Part shown: in pieces, positions 25,216 to 33,694 of the stretch
Layout: every line of letters starts with the position of its first letter
Position numbering within the stretch: position 1 is the first letter of the stretch
Assembly (NCBI GenBank): GCA_934597175.1
Contig: CAKTQR010000003.1
Location: 7,570 to 71,569 of the forward strand
DNA length: 64,000 nucleotides
Direction: 5' to 3'
Source: an uncultured Oscillospiraceae bacterium
GTDB taxonomy: Bacteria > Bacillota > Clostridia > Oscillospirales > Oscillospiraceae
The notes under the pieces: generated by a model
Told to the model about the DNA's origin: nothing
The model's input: only the letters and a program-made list of their open reading frames with translations
Databases searched by the model: none
Translations under genes and position numbers: made by a program

Positions 25216-26280
25216 TTAAAGGTTGAACACCGACTTGAGCAGGTCGTAGTAAACATGCACTGTTTGGCTCGGCGTGCCTGCGCAAATTGCCGTCTGCCGA
25301 CACCAATAACGCAGGCGGTCGGCAGGCAGCACGTCCAGCTCCCAGCGCTCCTTGAGAATCTCGGGACTTGTGGATATGATCGTTTCCACTATCAGGTCTT
25401 TGTATCGCTGTATTCTCCCAAAAGCGGCCGGCATCCGCTCATACACGCCGTTTGCGGTCACGATATCGACCTTTCCGCCGGCCGAAAACTGGTCTCGAAT
25501 GTTGGTATTTATGATGCTACAATTCGTTGCGAGCCAAAGCGCAAACCTTTGATACTTCGTGTTGCTATGCCCCAATATCTCGGGGAAGAATGCATAGCCC
25601 TGAACCGTGTAATAGTTCTTTTCCGCAGATGATAGGGTATTCCACAGCCTGACCGTCGGCGGGGCAGCAGTCTCCTCCACATTCGCATCGGCAGCCCACC
25701 ACAGGCTTTGGCCGGGTCTCAGCGTCTGCCTATAATAGTGCGAGACCGGCACAACGGGGTTTTCCATTTGCCGAAGCGTGTCGTACGGAATGCCCATTTT
25801 GTCAAATATGGTCTCCCCTGCTCCAAGCTCCATATCTATCTGATAGCGGGGGTAGTGCGTTACGGATATGCCCGACAGGCACTCCTCGTAAGGCCGAGAT
25901 CTGAACGCAACGGGTGCGCCGAGCTTTCCAAAGGTCAGGAAAATTCTTTCGACATTTTGGTCTCTAGTTGATTCCAAAATACTGCTTCCTATCGACTTCC
26001 AGTGGTTTTTGTTCGTGCTTTTGACCTCCACGCCGTAAAGCCGGTCGGCGACTATATCGGGAAACGCTGCGCCCGAGACCAGCCGTATCGATCCATCGAA
26101 CGGCGTCTGCGCTGCGCATCTGGTCAGTGCATCGAGCACATCCTCCTCAAGCTGAGTACCGTTTCGGCCTCTGTAGTACGCTTCCCTTCCCGAGGCCTCC
26201 TCATTGAGCAGGGCATCGGTTCTTGCCATCAGGCTTCTAAACTCATCAAGAGACGGTGCCCGGTTTTCAGATACTATCAT
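25216..26280 (-). CDS. type II restriction endonuclease (PD-(D/E)xK)
   Basis: 354 aa from the ATG at 26280, which overlaps the MTase stop (ATGA). Candidate catalytic motif AAFPDIVADRLYGVEVKST. I recognise no other family. Confidence 0.6.
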   Translation of the reverse strand: MIVSENRAPSLDEFRSLMARTDALLNEEASGREAYYRGRNGTQLEEDVLDALTRCAAQTPFDGSIRLVSGAAFPDIVADRLYGVEVKSTNKNHWKSIGSSILESTRDQNVERIFLTFGKLGAPVAFRSRPYEECLSGISVTHYPRYQIDMELGAGETIFDKMGIPYDTLRQMENPVVPVSHYYRQTLRPGQSLWWAADANVEETAAPPTVRLWNTLSSAEKNYYTVQGYAFFPEILGHSNTKYQRFALWLATNCSIINTNIRDQFSAGGKVDIVTANGVYERMPAAFGRIQRYKDLIVETIISTSPEILKERWELDVLPADRLRYWCRQTAICAGTPSQTVHVYYDLLKSVFNL

Positions 26281-27710
26281 TCCGTTTCCCCTCCAAAGTA
26301 GGTGTCCCACAGTGTCTCTATCCGCTTTGCGATATGAAAGCCCAGCAGCGGCGGCACGGCATTTCCTATCAGCTTATATGCCTCCGACGCCGACACCGAG
26401 GTCTTTGTCTCCTCATTTCTGAAAACGAAGTCGTAGCTGTCCGGAAAGGTTTGAATGCGTGCACATTCTCTGACCGTCAGCCTGCGCTCACCCTTGCCGC
26501 TTCCGAGCTCATCGGCGTACACACCGCCGTGCTCGACGCTCAATCTGCGAAATTCGATATTCCCGTGATGCTCAGAGCGGATAGTCGGACCGATGCCGTC
26601 CAACTTGACCTCTATCTGTCCCTGACAGTGCTTGCCCATATATTTTGCCTTCGAGTATTTCTGCTGCGACAAATCGGTCGCACACTCCGGCTCGTCCAAG
26701 CCGACAAAAGCCTGCCGCAGCGTTACCGGCGGCAGCAAGAGCTCGCCCGATTTATTAAAAGCATGCGTGGCTATCGGATACGGGTCGTATTCCTCGGGGA
26801 TGTGCGGCATAGAAAGCGCCTTAAGCGCTTTTTTTGTCAGCGCCGATTTCTTGAACCCGTAAAAAATCACTCTTTCCCTCGATTGCGGCACTCCGTAATC
26901 TGCGGCATGCAGCACCCTTGCCGGAACAACAAGATAGCCGTTTTCGGAAACAGTGCTGAAATCGTGCTCGATGACTGCCTTAATGTCGCCCAAATTCACA
27001 AGTCCCTTGACATTCTCCGCAACGAACATATTCGGCTGCGTAATGGCAATAACCTTGCGCATCCAAATATATAGCTGACCGCGGCTTTCCACGCTCGGGG
27101 TATCGGTATCCGTTATCTTTTTTCCCATGTGGCTCTTGTCCGAATCAAAGCCCTTGCGCTTGCCCGCAATTGAAAAGTCCTGACAGGGGAAGCCGCCTGT
27201 CACTATATCGACATGCTCGGGGAATATCGGCAGTCCGTTTTCTTCGTGCAGCTTTACAAGGTCGACTATGCTATCTAAATAATAGGTCGATGCCGAAATT
27301 CCCTGCCTGCCGAAATAGTTCGTCCAAGCCGCCCTCGCATCCGGCCTTATGTCGTTGGCAAAAATGGTGTGAAACCTGTTTTTCGGCAGCCTGACCCAGC
27401 TTTCGTCGACCTTTACAGCGTTCCAACCGCCGTTCAGCTTTGGGTTGACGCTCGCTTTGAGCACCTCAAAGTTACCCTCAAAGCCAATATCCATACCGCC
27501 ACAACCGGAAAACAGTGACAAGACATTCAAAGCTGCTCTGTCTGCTTTTTTGCCCTGCCGCATGGGTTTTTTTGCGACTGCGGGAATAAACCAAATGCCG
27601 CTTTTCTTGACTGCGCCCTCAACACGCCTCTCGTTGCACAAAATCTGCACTCTGCGTGGCGTAACGCCCCATTTCTGAGCCGCCGCCTGAACAGTGATCA
27701 TCTCATCCAT
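26277..27710 (-). CDS. DNA (cytosine-5) methyltransferase with N-terminal HTH
   Basis: Motif I LFSGCGGMDIGF, IV GGFPCQDFS, VI ENV, VIII QSRERV, X GNAVPP. The first ~45 aa are MerR/excisionase-like HTH (ITVQAAAQKWGVTPRRVQILCNERRVEGA). Confidence 0.9.
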   Translation of the reverse strand: MDEMITVQAAAQKWGVTPRRVQILCNERRVEGAVKKSGIWFIPAVAKKPMRQGKKADRAALNVLSLFSGCGGMDIGFEGNFEVLKASVNPKLNGGWNAVKVDESWVRLPKNRFHTIFANDIRPDARAAWTNYFGRQGISASTYYLDSIVDLVKLHEENGLPIFPEHVDIVTGGFPCQDFSIAGKRKGFDSDKSHMGKKITDTDTPSVESRGQLYIWMRKVIAITQPNMFVAENVKGLVNLGDIKAVIEHDFSTVSENGYLVVPARVLHAADYGVPQSRERVIFYGFKKSALTKKALKALSMPHIPEEYDPYPIATHAFNKSGELLLPPVTLRQAFVGLDEPECATDLSQQKYSKAKYMGKHCQGQIEVKLDGIGPTIRSEHHGNIEFRRLSVEHGGVYADELGSGKGERRLTVRECARIQTFPDSYDFVFRNEETKTSVSASEAYKLIGNAVPPLLGFHIAKRIETLWDTYFGGETE

Positions 27711-27777
27711 ACTAAATGCTCCTGTAATGCTTCTCAGTCAATTATATTCGTTTGTGCGAACTTTTTCAAGAGCTTCT

Positions 27778-27811
27778 AAAAAAGCTGTCTGAATCATCAG
27801 ACAGCTTTTTT
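27778..27811. terminator. conserved bidirectional hairpin F, copy 2
   Basis: Same 14-nt arms as copy 1 with a different loop. Confidence 0.8.
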
Positions 27812-28163
27812 ACGCCTGCGCCGTAAATTTTGCCTTGTACTCCTCGCCCCATGCCCACATCGAATCGAGGATGGGCTTGAGGCTGCGGCCGAGCTCGGTC
27901 AGCGAATACTCCACCCTCGGCGGCACCTCGGCGTACACCTCACGGTGCACGAGCCCGCTCTGCTCCATCGCCCGCAGCTGCGCCGTCAGCACCTTCTGTG
28001 ACACATTGCCGACCGATTTTTTAAGCTCGCCGAAGCGCTTCGTGCCGCCCATGAGGTCACGCAGGATGAGCACCTTCCACTTGTCGCCGATGAGCGTCAG
28101 CGTCGTCTCCACCGGACACGCCGGCAGCGGTGTCTTCGTCAAATTTTCCATGGTATCCTCCAT
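27810..28163 (-). CDS. HxlR family transcriptional regulator
   Basis: CPVETTLTLIGDKWKVLILRDLMGGTKRFGELKKSV...LTAQLRAMEQSGLVHREVY is the HxlR wHTH signature. 117 aa. Confidence 0.9.
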   Translation of the reverse strand: MEDTMENLTKTPLPACPVETTLTLIGDKWKVLILRDLMGGTKRFGELKKSVGNVSQKVLTAQLRAMEQSGLVHREVYAEVPPRVEYSLTELGRSLKPILDSMWAWGEEYKAKFTAQA

Positions 28164-28269
28164 TAGTTCCCCTTTGGTAACTACGGCACAATATTGTGCT
28201 TACTTTACGATTTCTCCGTACTGCGATATTATAATGCCTGCAAGGACAAATTGCAAGGAGGAAAAACAA

Positions 28270-28665
28270 ATGAAAAAAGTGATCGAATTTTTGAACGCAA
28301 ACCCCGTGCAGTATCTGGCGACCGTCGGCCGTGACGGCAAGGCCAAGTGCCGCCCGTTCATGTTCGCAGGTGAGCTCGGCGGTAAGCTGTGGTTCTGCAC
28401 CAACAGCACCAAGGATGTCTACAAGGACATGCAGGCAAACCCCGAGGTCGAGCTGACGGTCTCGAGCCCCGAGTACGCATGGCTGCGCCTGCACGGCACG
28501 GCCAAGTTTGAAAACAGCATGGCGGCAAAGGAAATGTGCATCAAAAACCCCATCGTGAAAAGCCAGTACGGCGAGGCGACAAACCCCATTTTTGAGGTGT
28601 TCTATCTCGACAACGCCCACGGCATTATCGCCGACTTTTCCGGCAACCCGCCCTACGAGTTCTGA
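28270..28665 (+). CDS. pyridoxamine 5'-phosphate oxidase-like FMN-binding protein
   Basis: 131 aa starting at the ATG at 28270. MKKVIEFLNANPVQYLATVGRDGKAKCRPF is typical of the PNPOx-like split-barrel family. Divergent from hxlR. Confidence 0.75.
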   Translation: MKKVIEFLNANPVQYLATVGRDGKAKCRPFMFAGELGGKLWFCTNSTKDVYKDMQANPEVELTVSSPEYAWLRLHGTAKFENSMAAKEMCIKNPIVKSQYGEATNPIFEVFYLDNAHGIIADFSGNPPYEF

Positions 28666-28667
28666 CC

Positions 28668-29444
28668 ATGACGCAGGACGAAAGACGGCGCTATCTCATC
28701 GGAGCGCTCCTCAATGAGCGCTCCGAGCGCATCGAGATGCCGGCCGAGGCGGGCGACCAGCGGCTTTTGCTGCGGGCGCTTATGAATGTGCGTCCGGCGC
28801 AGCGCACGGCGGCGGAGTTTCTCAGGGTGCAGGACGAGTATCTGCACGATGAGCTCGCCGACAAGGGCGTCACCGACATTGACGAGCTCAGCCCCGTGCA
28901 GCCCGGACTGTACCTTTGGCAGGGCGACATTACGACGCTTCGCTGCGACGCCATCGTCAACGCCGCAAACTCCGGGCTCACCGGCTGCTACATCCCCAAC
29001 CACCGCTGCATCGACAACGCCATCCACACCTACGCCGGCGTGCAGCTGCGCCTCGCCTGCGCCGAGCTCATGCGCCGGCAAGGTCACCCCGAGCCGACGG
29101 GGCAGGCGAAGATAACGCCTGCGTTCGACCTGCCGTGCCGCTATGTGCTGCATACGGTCGGACCGATCATCGAGGGACGGGTCACGAAGCGGGACGAAGC
29201 GCTTTTGTGCTCGTGCTACCGCTCGTGCCTCGAGCTGGCGGCGGAAAACGATTTGGAGAGCGTGGCGTTCTGCTGCATCTCGACCGGCGAGTTTCACTTC
29301 CCGAACGAGCGTGCCGCCGAGCTTGCCGTGCGCACGGTCAAGGAATTTTTGACGCAGGAAAGCAGCGTCAGGAGGGTGGTTTTCAATGTTTTCAAGGATA
29401 CCGACAGGCGCATCTACGAGCGGCTTCTCCGAGAAGATCGCTAA
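28668..29444 (+). CDS. macrodomain protein (ADP-ribose hydrolase, SirTM-associated type)
   Basis: GDITTLRCDAIVNAANSGLTGC...IDNAIHTYAGVQL...VLHTVGPI...CISTGEFHFP are macrodomain motifs. 258 aa. Confidence 0.85.
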   Translation: MTQDERRRYLIGALLNERSERIEMPAEAGDQRLLLRALMNVRPAQRTAAEFLRVQDEYLHDELADKGVTDIDELSPVQPGLYLWQGDITTLRCDAIVNAANSGLTGCYIPNHRCIDNAIHTYAGVQLRLACAELMRRQGHPEPTGQAKITPAFDLPCRYVLHTVGPIIEGRVTKRDEALLCSCYRSCLELAAENDLESVAFCCISTGEFHFPNERAAELAVRTVKEFLTQESSVRRVVFNVFKDTDRRIYERLLREDR

Positions 29445-30264
29445 GCTGCGGGATGCGCTTTGCGACTGCGACGCCGTTGTCATCGGCGCAGGCGCAGGTC
29501 TGTCCACGGCGGCGGGCTTTGTCTACGACGGCGAGCGCTTCGACTCGCTTTTCCCGGATTTCAAGGTCAAATACGGCTTTAAGGACATGTACACGGCGGG
29601 CTTTTACCCCTTCCCCACGCCCGAGGAGCACTGGGCGTATTGGAGCAGGTTTGTCTACGCAAACCGCTATCAGGATGCGCCCGAGCCGCTGTACGAGCAG
29701 CTGCTCTCGCTCGTGCGGGACAAGGACTATTTCGTCATCACGACCAATGTCGACCACTGCTTTCAAAAGGCGGGCTTCGACAAGCAAAGGCTATTTTACA
29801 CGCAGGGCGACTACGGCCTGTTCCAGTGCAAGCGCCCCTGCCGGCAGGAGACCTTCGACAACGAAGCGGTCATCCGGCAGATGGTCGAGCGGCAGGCGAA
29901 CATGCGTGTTCCGACCGAGCTTGTGCCCCGCTGCCCGCACTGCGGCAGGCCCATGACGATGAATCTGCGCTGCGACGACACCTTTGTCGAGGACGAGGGC
30001 TGGCACGCCGCCAAGGCTCGGTACGAGCAGTTTTTAAAGGAGCACAAGCGGCAGAAAATTCTGTTTTTGGAGCTCGGCGTGGGCTACAACACCCCGGTCA
30101 TCATAAAATATCCGTTCTGGCAAATGACCGCCAAAAACCCGCACGCCGTCTACGCCTGCCTCAACCTCGGCGACGCCTACGCCCCGCCCGACATCGCCCG
30201 CCGCAGCATCTGCATCGATGCAGATATTGCGCAAGTGATACACGAACTTAAAAAAGCTGTCTGA
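29386..30264 (+). CDS. Sir2-family protein, class M (SirTM)-like
   Basis: Rossmann start AVVIGAGAGLSTAAGF, zinc ribbon CKRPC...CPHCG, and LELGVGYNTP. The ORF overlaps the macro gene by 59 nt if the first ATG is used. Confidence 0.75.
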   Translation: MFSRIPTGASTSGFSEKIAKLRDALCDCDAVVIGAGAGLSTAAGFVYDGERFDSLFPDFKVKYGFKDMYTAGFYPFPTPEEHWAYWSRFVYANRYQDAPEPLYEQLLSLVRDKDYFVITTNVDHCFQKAGFDKQRLFYTQGDYGLFQCKRPCRQETFDNEAVIRQMVERQANMRVPTELVPRCPHCGRPMTMNLRCDDTFVEDEGWHAAKARYEQFLKEHKRQKILFLELGVGYNTPVIIKYPFWQMTAKNPHAVYACLNLGDAYAPPDIARRSICIDADIAQVIHELKKAV

Positions 30265-30284
30265 AAATTCAGACAGCTTTTTTG
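30250..30284. terminator. conserved bidirectional hairpin F, copy 3
   Basis: AAAAAGCTGTCTGAAAATTCAGACAGCTTTTTT. Confidence 0.8.
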
Positions 30285-30301
30285 CTTTTGCGGCATAAGA
30301 A

Positions 30302-30331
30302 ACCGCCGGTCGGGGTGAGCCGACCGGCGGT
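30302..30331 (-). terminator. terminator of the 30358-31653 gene
   Basis: ACCGCCGGTCGG-ggtgag-CCGACCGGCGGT with TTTCTT following on the minus strand. Confidence 0.7.
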
Positions 30332-30357
30332 GGGGTGTTTAATTTTTCAGCTTCTAA

Positions 30358-31653
30358 TTATGCTTCGGGAGCGGGGTCAGCTACGATAGTGAAGGTGAAG
30401 GTGTAGGGGAATGCGAAGAAGTCGCCGCCGCTGACGGAAGCGGTAACGATGTACTTACCGGGAGCGGTGGGCATGGTGCTCTTTGCATAGATCTTGCCGA
30501 CACCGGTGAACCAGTAGCGGATAGAGCCGGCGGAAGCGCTGTTGAGTGGAGTGCCGTTCTCGGTGAGGATGCAGAGGTTGTTGCCTTCCTTGAGTGCCTC
30601 AGCCTGGGAAACGGTGATGGTGTTAGCCTTTGCGTTGCTGCTCAGTACGGGATTCTTGGCGAGCTTAATGCCCTTCCAGTTCTTAAGAACGATGAGAGAG
30701 CCGGTTGCATCGGCGGTCTCGTAGTTCTTGCCGACTGCGACTGCGGTCAGCGTGTAGACGCCTGCGTGAGCCGGAGTGCCGATAGCGAGCACGGTGTCGT
30801 CAGAGATGGAAGCGACTCTGTCGAGAGCTTCAATAATAGCCTTGATAGCGTCAGTGTTATAACCAAAGATTTCAAGACCGCCCATTATGAAATCATTCGT
30901 TACTAAGTCGTTGATGATTTCTCTGAATTCGCCAACGGTAGTTCCCTGCTGAAGCTTCTGCTTCAGAGTAAGTCTGTCGGTATATCCCTTGTGGTCGTAC
31001 CACTTCTGCTGATACTCGCTGATTTTATCGATCAGTTTTTCCTGATCTGCGTTCAGCTTGAGATATACGCAGGTCTCCTTGTTGGTGTTGACGCCGACAA
31101 AGAACATGTAGACATCGATCTCGGGATCGTTCGGGTTGAGGGTGTAGACCGTGCTGCGGTCGATCTCTTTACCGGCATAAATCTTGTTGATGGGGTTGAC
31201 GCTGACATTGACAGTGCCCTTGACTATGGTGATCTCGACAGTTTCCTTGCTTGACTTGTAAGTGTCGTTTCCGTTGTAGGTTACACGGATCTTCGGCGTA
31301 TCGCCTGCGTCATCTTTGGGTCTGCCGTTGCTATCAGCAAAATCGTTCGGAATTATGCCGAACATTCTCTCCACGGTGAAGTCAGCGGCAGTTACATCGG
31401 CGGGAAGCGTAGATGCGTCCATATCGACGACATTTGCGATGATGTCCTTTATCATCTCGTCAGCGTTCATGTTATAAGCAATGCTGACGCCCTCTTTGAG
31501 GACTACCTTGGACTTTTCCTTTGAAGCCTGTACGGCTATGCTCTGGGTAGCTGCGTCGTCTGCGAAAACGGCGGGGGAAATGCCGACGACCGAGAATATC
31601 ATCACGACAGCAAGCAGCGAAGCCATAAAGCGCTTGAGATTGCTAAGTTTCAT
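30358..31653 (-). CDS. secreted protein, unknown function
   Basis: 431 aa from the ATG at 31653 (GGAGG upstream). Signal peptide MKLSNLKRFMASLLAVVMIFSVVGISPAVFA. Beta-rich. Confidence 0.65.
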   Translation of the reverse strand: MKLSNLKRFMASLLAVVMIFSVVGISPAVFADDAATQSIAVQASKEKSKVVLKEGVSIAYNMNADEMIKDIIANVVDMDASTLPADVTAADFTVERMFGIIPNDFADSNGRPKDDAGDTPKIRVTYNGNDTYKSSKETVEITIVKGTVNVSVNPINKIYAGKEIDRSTVYTLNPNDPEIDVYMFFVGVNTNKETCVYLKLNADQEKLIDKISEYQQKWYDHKGYTDRLTLKQKLQQGTTVGEFREIINDLVTNDFIMGGLEIFGYNTDAIKAIIEALDRVASISDDTVLAIGTPAHAGVYTLTAVAVGKNYETADATGSLIVLKNWKGIKLAKNPVLSSNAKANTITVSQAEALKEGNNLCILTENGTPLNSASAGSIRYWFTGVGKIYAKSTMPTAPGKYIVTASVSGGDFFAFPYTFTFTIVADPAPEA

Positions 31654-31800
31654 GCTATGCCTCCATATAAAGAAATTATTAATTCGTTTGACCGAACTAT
31701 ACAAATCTAGTTAACATTGTTCGGTCAGCTGACAATATAATAACAAACTACTTGCAAAATTGCAATAAAAATTTTGGCATTTTTAACATGAAGTTTTGAC

Positions 31801-31830
31801 AAAAAACGCAATGTGATGCTTCACATTGCG
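31801..31830 (-). terminator. orphaned intrinsic terminator (original guaA terminator)
   Basis: CGCAATGTGA-agca-TCACATTGCG plus TTTTTT on the minus strand. It lies 14 nt downstream of the left copy of the guaA 3'-end repeat, with no gene feeding it. Confidence 0.75.
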
Positions 31831-31844
31831 TTTTGGTGTATGTT

Positions 31845-31860
31845 TTATTCCCACTCGACG
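31845..31860. repeat. attL core (direct repeat)
   Basis: TTATTCCCACTCGACG, identical to 45301-45316. Confidence 0.85.
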
Positions 31861-32108
31861 AGGACTAAACAATTCTGTTTATGCAATTTTGCTTTTCGTT
31901 AGTCTCTCTATTTTGATTTTACGATGTATCTGTATTATCCTTTGCTAAAATGCCCTTGTTATCATTTTGTTATCGTGGTTGATAACAAGAATAATTTCAC
32001 CGTGGATAATATGGAAGTGGTATGTGTGTATTATAGCGTACTTGACCTCAAATTGCAATATGTTTTTCAAAATTTACACGCAATATTTACAAAAAGCGTG
32101 CAAACCTC

Positions 32109-32137
32109 TTGCGATTTAGGGAACAATCTATTATAAT
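32109..32137 (+). promoter_or_regulatory. sigma-A promoter of the cargo operon
   Basis: TTGCGA, 17 nt, then TATAAT. Confidence 0.6.
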
Positions 32138-32163
32138 ATAAACACGCATAATGAGAATGCTGC

Positions 32164-32793
32164 GTGCAGAAAGTTGGTGGCAGTTTGAGTAAGCGCGATA
32201 TCGTAAACGAAGTATTTAATACAGTCGGTGAAGTTGCAAAGAAATCTGATTTCATTTCTGCCGGACTGAAAGAACAAGATGTTTATACGCTTTTTAAGCA
32301 GGGATATATTGAACGTGTCAAGCACGGTTATTATAAGCTGTCTGTTGGGGATGAACTCAAAGAAGAAGTTCTCCTTTCCAAATTGATGACACAAGGCATC
32401 ATTTGTGTTGACTCGGCGCTGTTTTATTACGGTTACAGCGATTTTGCGCCCCGTGAATGGACGATTGCCGTTCCCCGTTCCTATTCCAGAACCGTAAAAG
32501 CCATACAGGAAGAAGTGCCGGTAAAGGCGTATTATGTTCAGAACGATATGTACCACCTCGGTGAAACAACAGGTACTTTTAACGGTGTCACGCTTCCCGT
32601 ATATGACCGTGAACGCACTATCTGTGACTGTTTCAAATACCGCACGAAACTGGATAATGAGATATTTAATAAAGCAATCAACGCCTACGTAGCAGATGAA
32701 AAGAAAAACCTTGCCACTCTTTCCAAATATGCAAAGGAAATGGGCGTGTATAAAAAAATGATGAATGTAATGGAGGTACTGCTTAATGGCTGA
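32164..32793 (+). CDS. abiEi: AbiEi-family antitoxin (type IV TA / abortive infection)
   Basis: N-terminal wHTH (DVYTLFKQGYIERVKHGYYKL). C-terminal block LPVYDRERTICDCFKYRTKLDNEIFNKAINAYV...KNLATLSKYAKEMGV is typical of AbiEi_4. The start may be the TTG at 32185. Confidence 0.85.
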   Translation: MQKVGGSLSKRDIVNEVFNTVGEVAKKSDFISAGLKEQDVYTLFKQGYIERVKHGYYKLSVGDELKEEVLLSKLMTQGIICVDSALFYYGYSDFAPREWTIAVPRSYSRTVKAIQEEVPVKAYYVQNDMYHLGETTGTFNGVTLPVYDRERTICDCFKYRTKLDNEIFNKAINAYVADEKKNLATLSKYAKEMGVYKKMMNVMEVLLNG

Positions 32794-33682
32794 TATTGCT
32801 GCATCTGTGCTTGCACGACTGAAAAATAAGGCTGCCGAAAGCGGAAGAAGTTATCAGCTTTGTCTGCAACTCTTTTGCCAAGAGGAATTTCTGCGCCGTT
32901 TGGAAAAATCCAAATATGCAGAAAATCTTGTGCTGAAAGGCGGCTTGTTTATCTATTCCCTTACCGACTTTGACAGCCGAGTAACAGTTGATGTTGACTT
33001 CTTGCTCCGCCAAATGCCAAATACGCCAGAGCAGTTGAAAACCGTGTTGGAGGAAATTATAGCAACACCTACCGGAAACGACTTTATCTCTTTTGAGATT
33101 AAAGATGTTGCTCCTATTGCTGTTGCCAAAAAGTATGCAGGAATCGGTGCATCGGTGGTCGCTCGCATTAAAAATACCAAAACACCGTTCAGCATTGATT
33201 TCGGTGTGGGGGATGTCATCGTACCGAAACAGGAAAAACGAAAAATCCCGACACAGCTTTCCGACTTTGACGCCCCAACGGTAAATACATATTCCCTTGA
33301 AACAACCATTGCCGAGAAAATAGACGCTATTCTCAGTCTAATGGAATTTTCCAGCAGAATGAAAGATTACTACGATATTTACTATCTTGCCAATAAATTT
33401 GATTTTGACGGAGCTACGCTGACGGAAGCACTGAAAAAGACCTTTGAAAACCGTGGGCATAGCTTTACTGTTGAACAGTTTGAGCAGGTAATGGGCTTTG
33501 ACAGCGACGGCGCAATGCAGAAAAAGTGGAAAGCCTTTGTTCGCAAAATTGATACAAAAACGGATGATTACGGCACCGTGCTGAAAACAATAAAGACGTT
33601 TTTAACAAAACCGTTTGTGGCAGCGGTAGAAGGCAATGCGTTCACAGGTAATTGGACTGCTCCGAACAGTGAGTGGATGTAA
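32786..33682 (+). CDS. abiEii: AbiEii/AbiGii nucleotidyltransferase toxin
   Basis: SVLARLKNKAAESGRSYQLCLQLFCQEEFLRRLEKSKYAENLVLKGGLFIY...VDVDFLL is the family signature. 8-nt overlap with abiEi. Confidence 0.85.
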   Translation: MADIAASVLARLKNKAAESGRSYQLCLQLFCQEEFLRRLEKSKYAENLVLKGGLFIYSLTDFDSRVTVDVDFLLRQMPNTPEQLKTVLEEIIATPTGNDFISFEIKDVAPIAVAKKYAGIGASVVARIKNTKTPFSIDFGVGDVIVPKQEKRKIPTQLSDFDAPTVNTYSLETTIAEKIDAILSLMEFSSRMKDYYDIYYLANKFDFDGATLTEALKKTFENRGHSFTVEQFEQVMGFDSDGAMQKKWKAFVRKIDTKTDDYGTVLKTIKTFLTKPFVAAVEGNAFTGNWTAPNSEWM

Positions 33683-33694
33683 TAGGAGGAAGTT

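Noticed and set aside
28916-29956. 346-aa Arg/Ala/Pro-rich ORF overlapping the macro and SirTM genes in another frame
   Set aside because: Its composition is typical of an off-frame read of GC-rich coding DNA. The in-frame macro and Sir2 motifs explain the region.
31924-32136. 70-aa ORF near attL
   Set aside because: It is a chance ORF in AT-rich sequence with no RBS. It overlaps the GTTATC arm-type repeats and the operon promoter.
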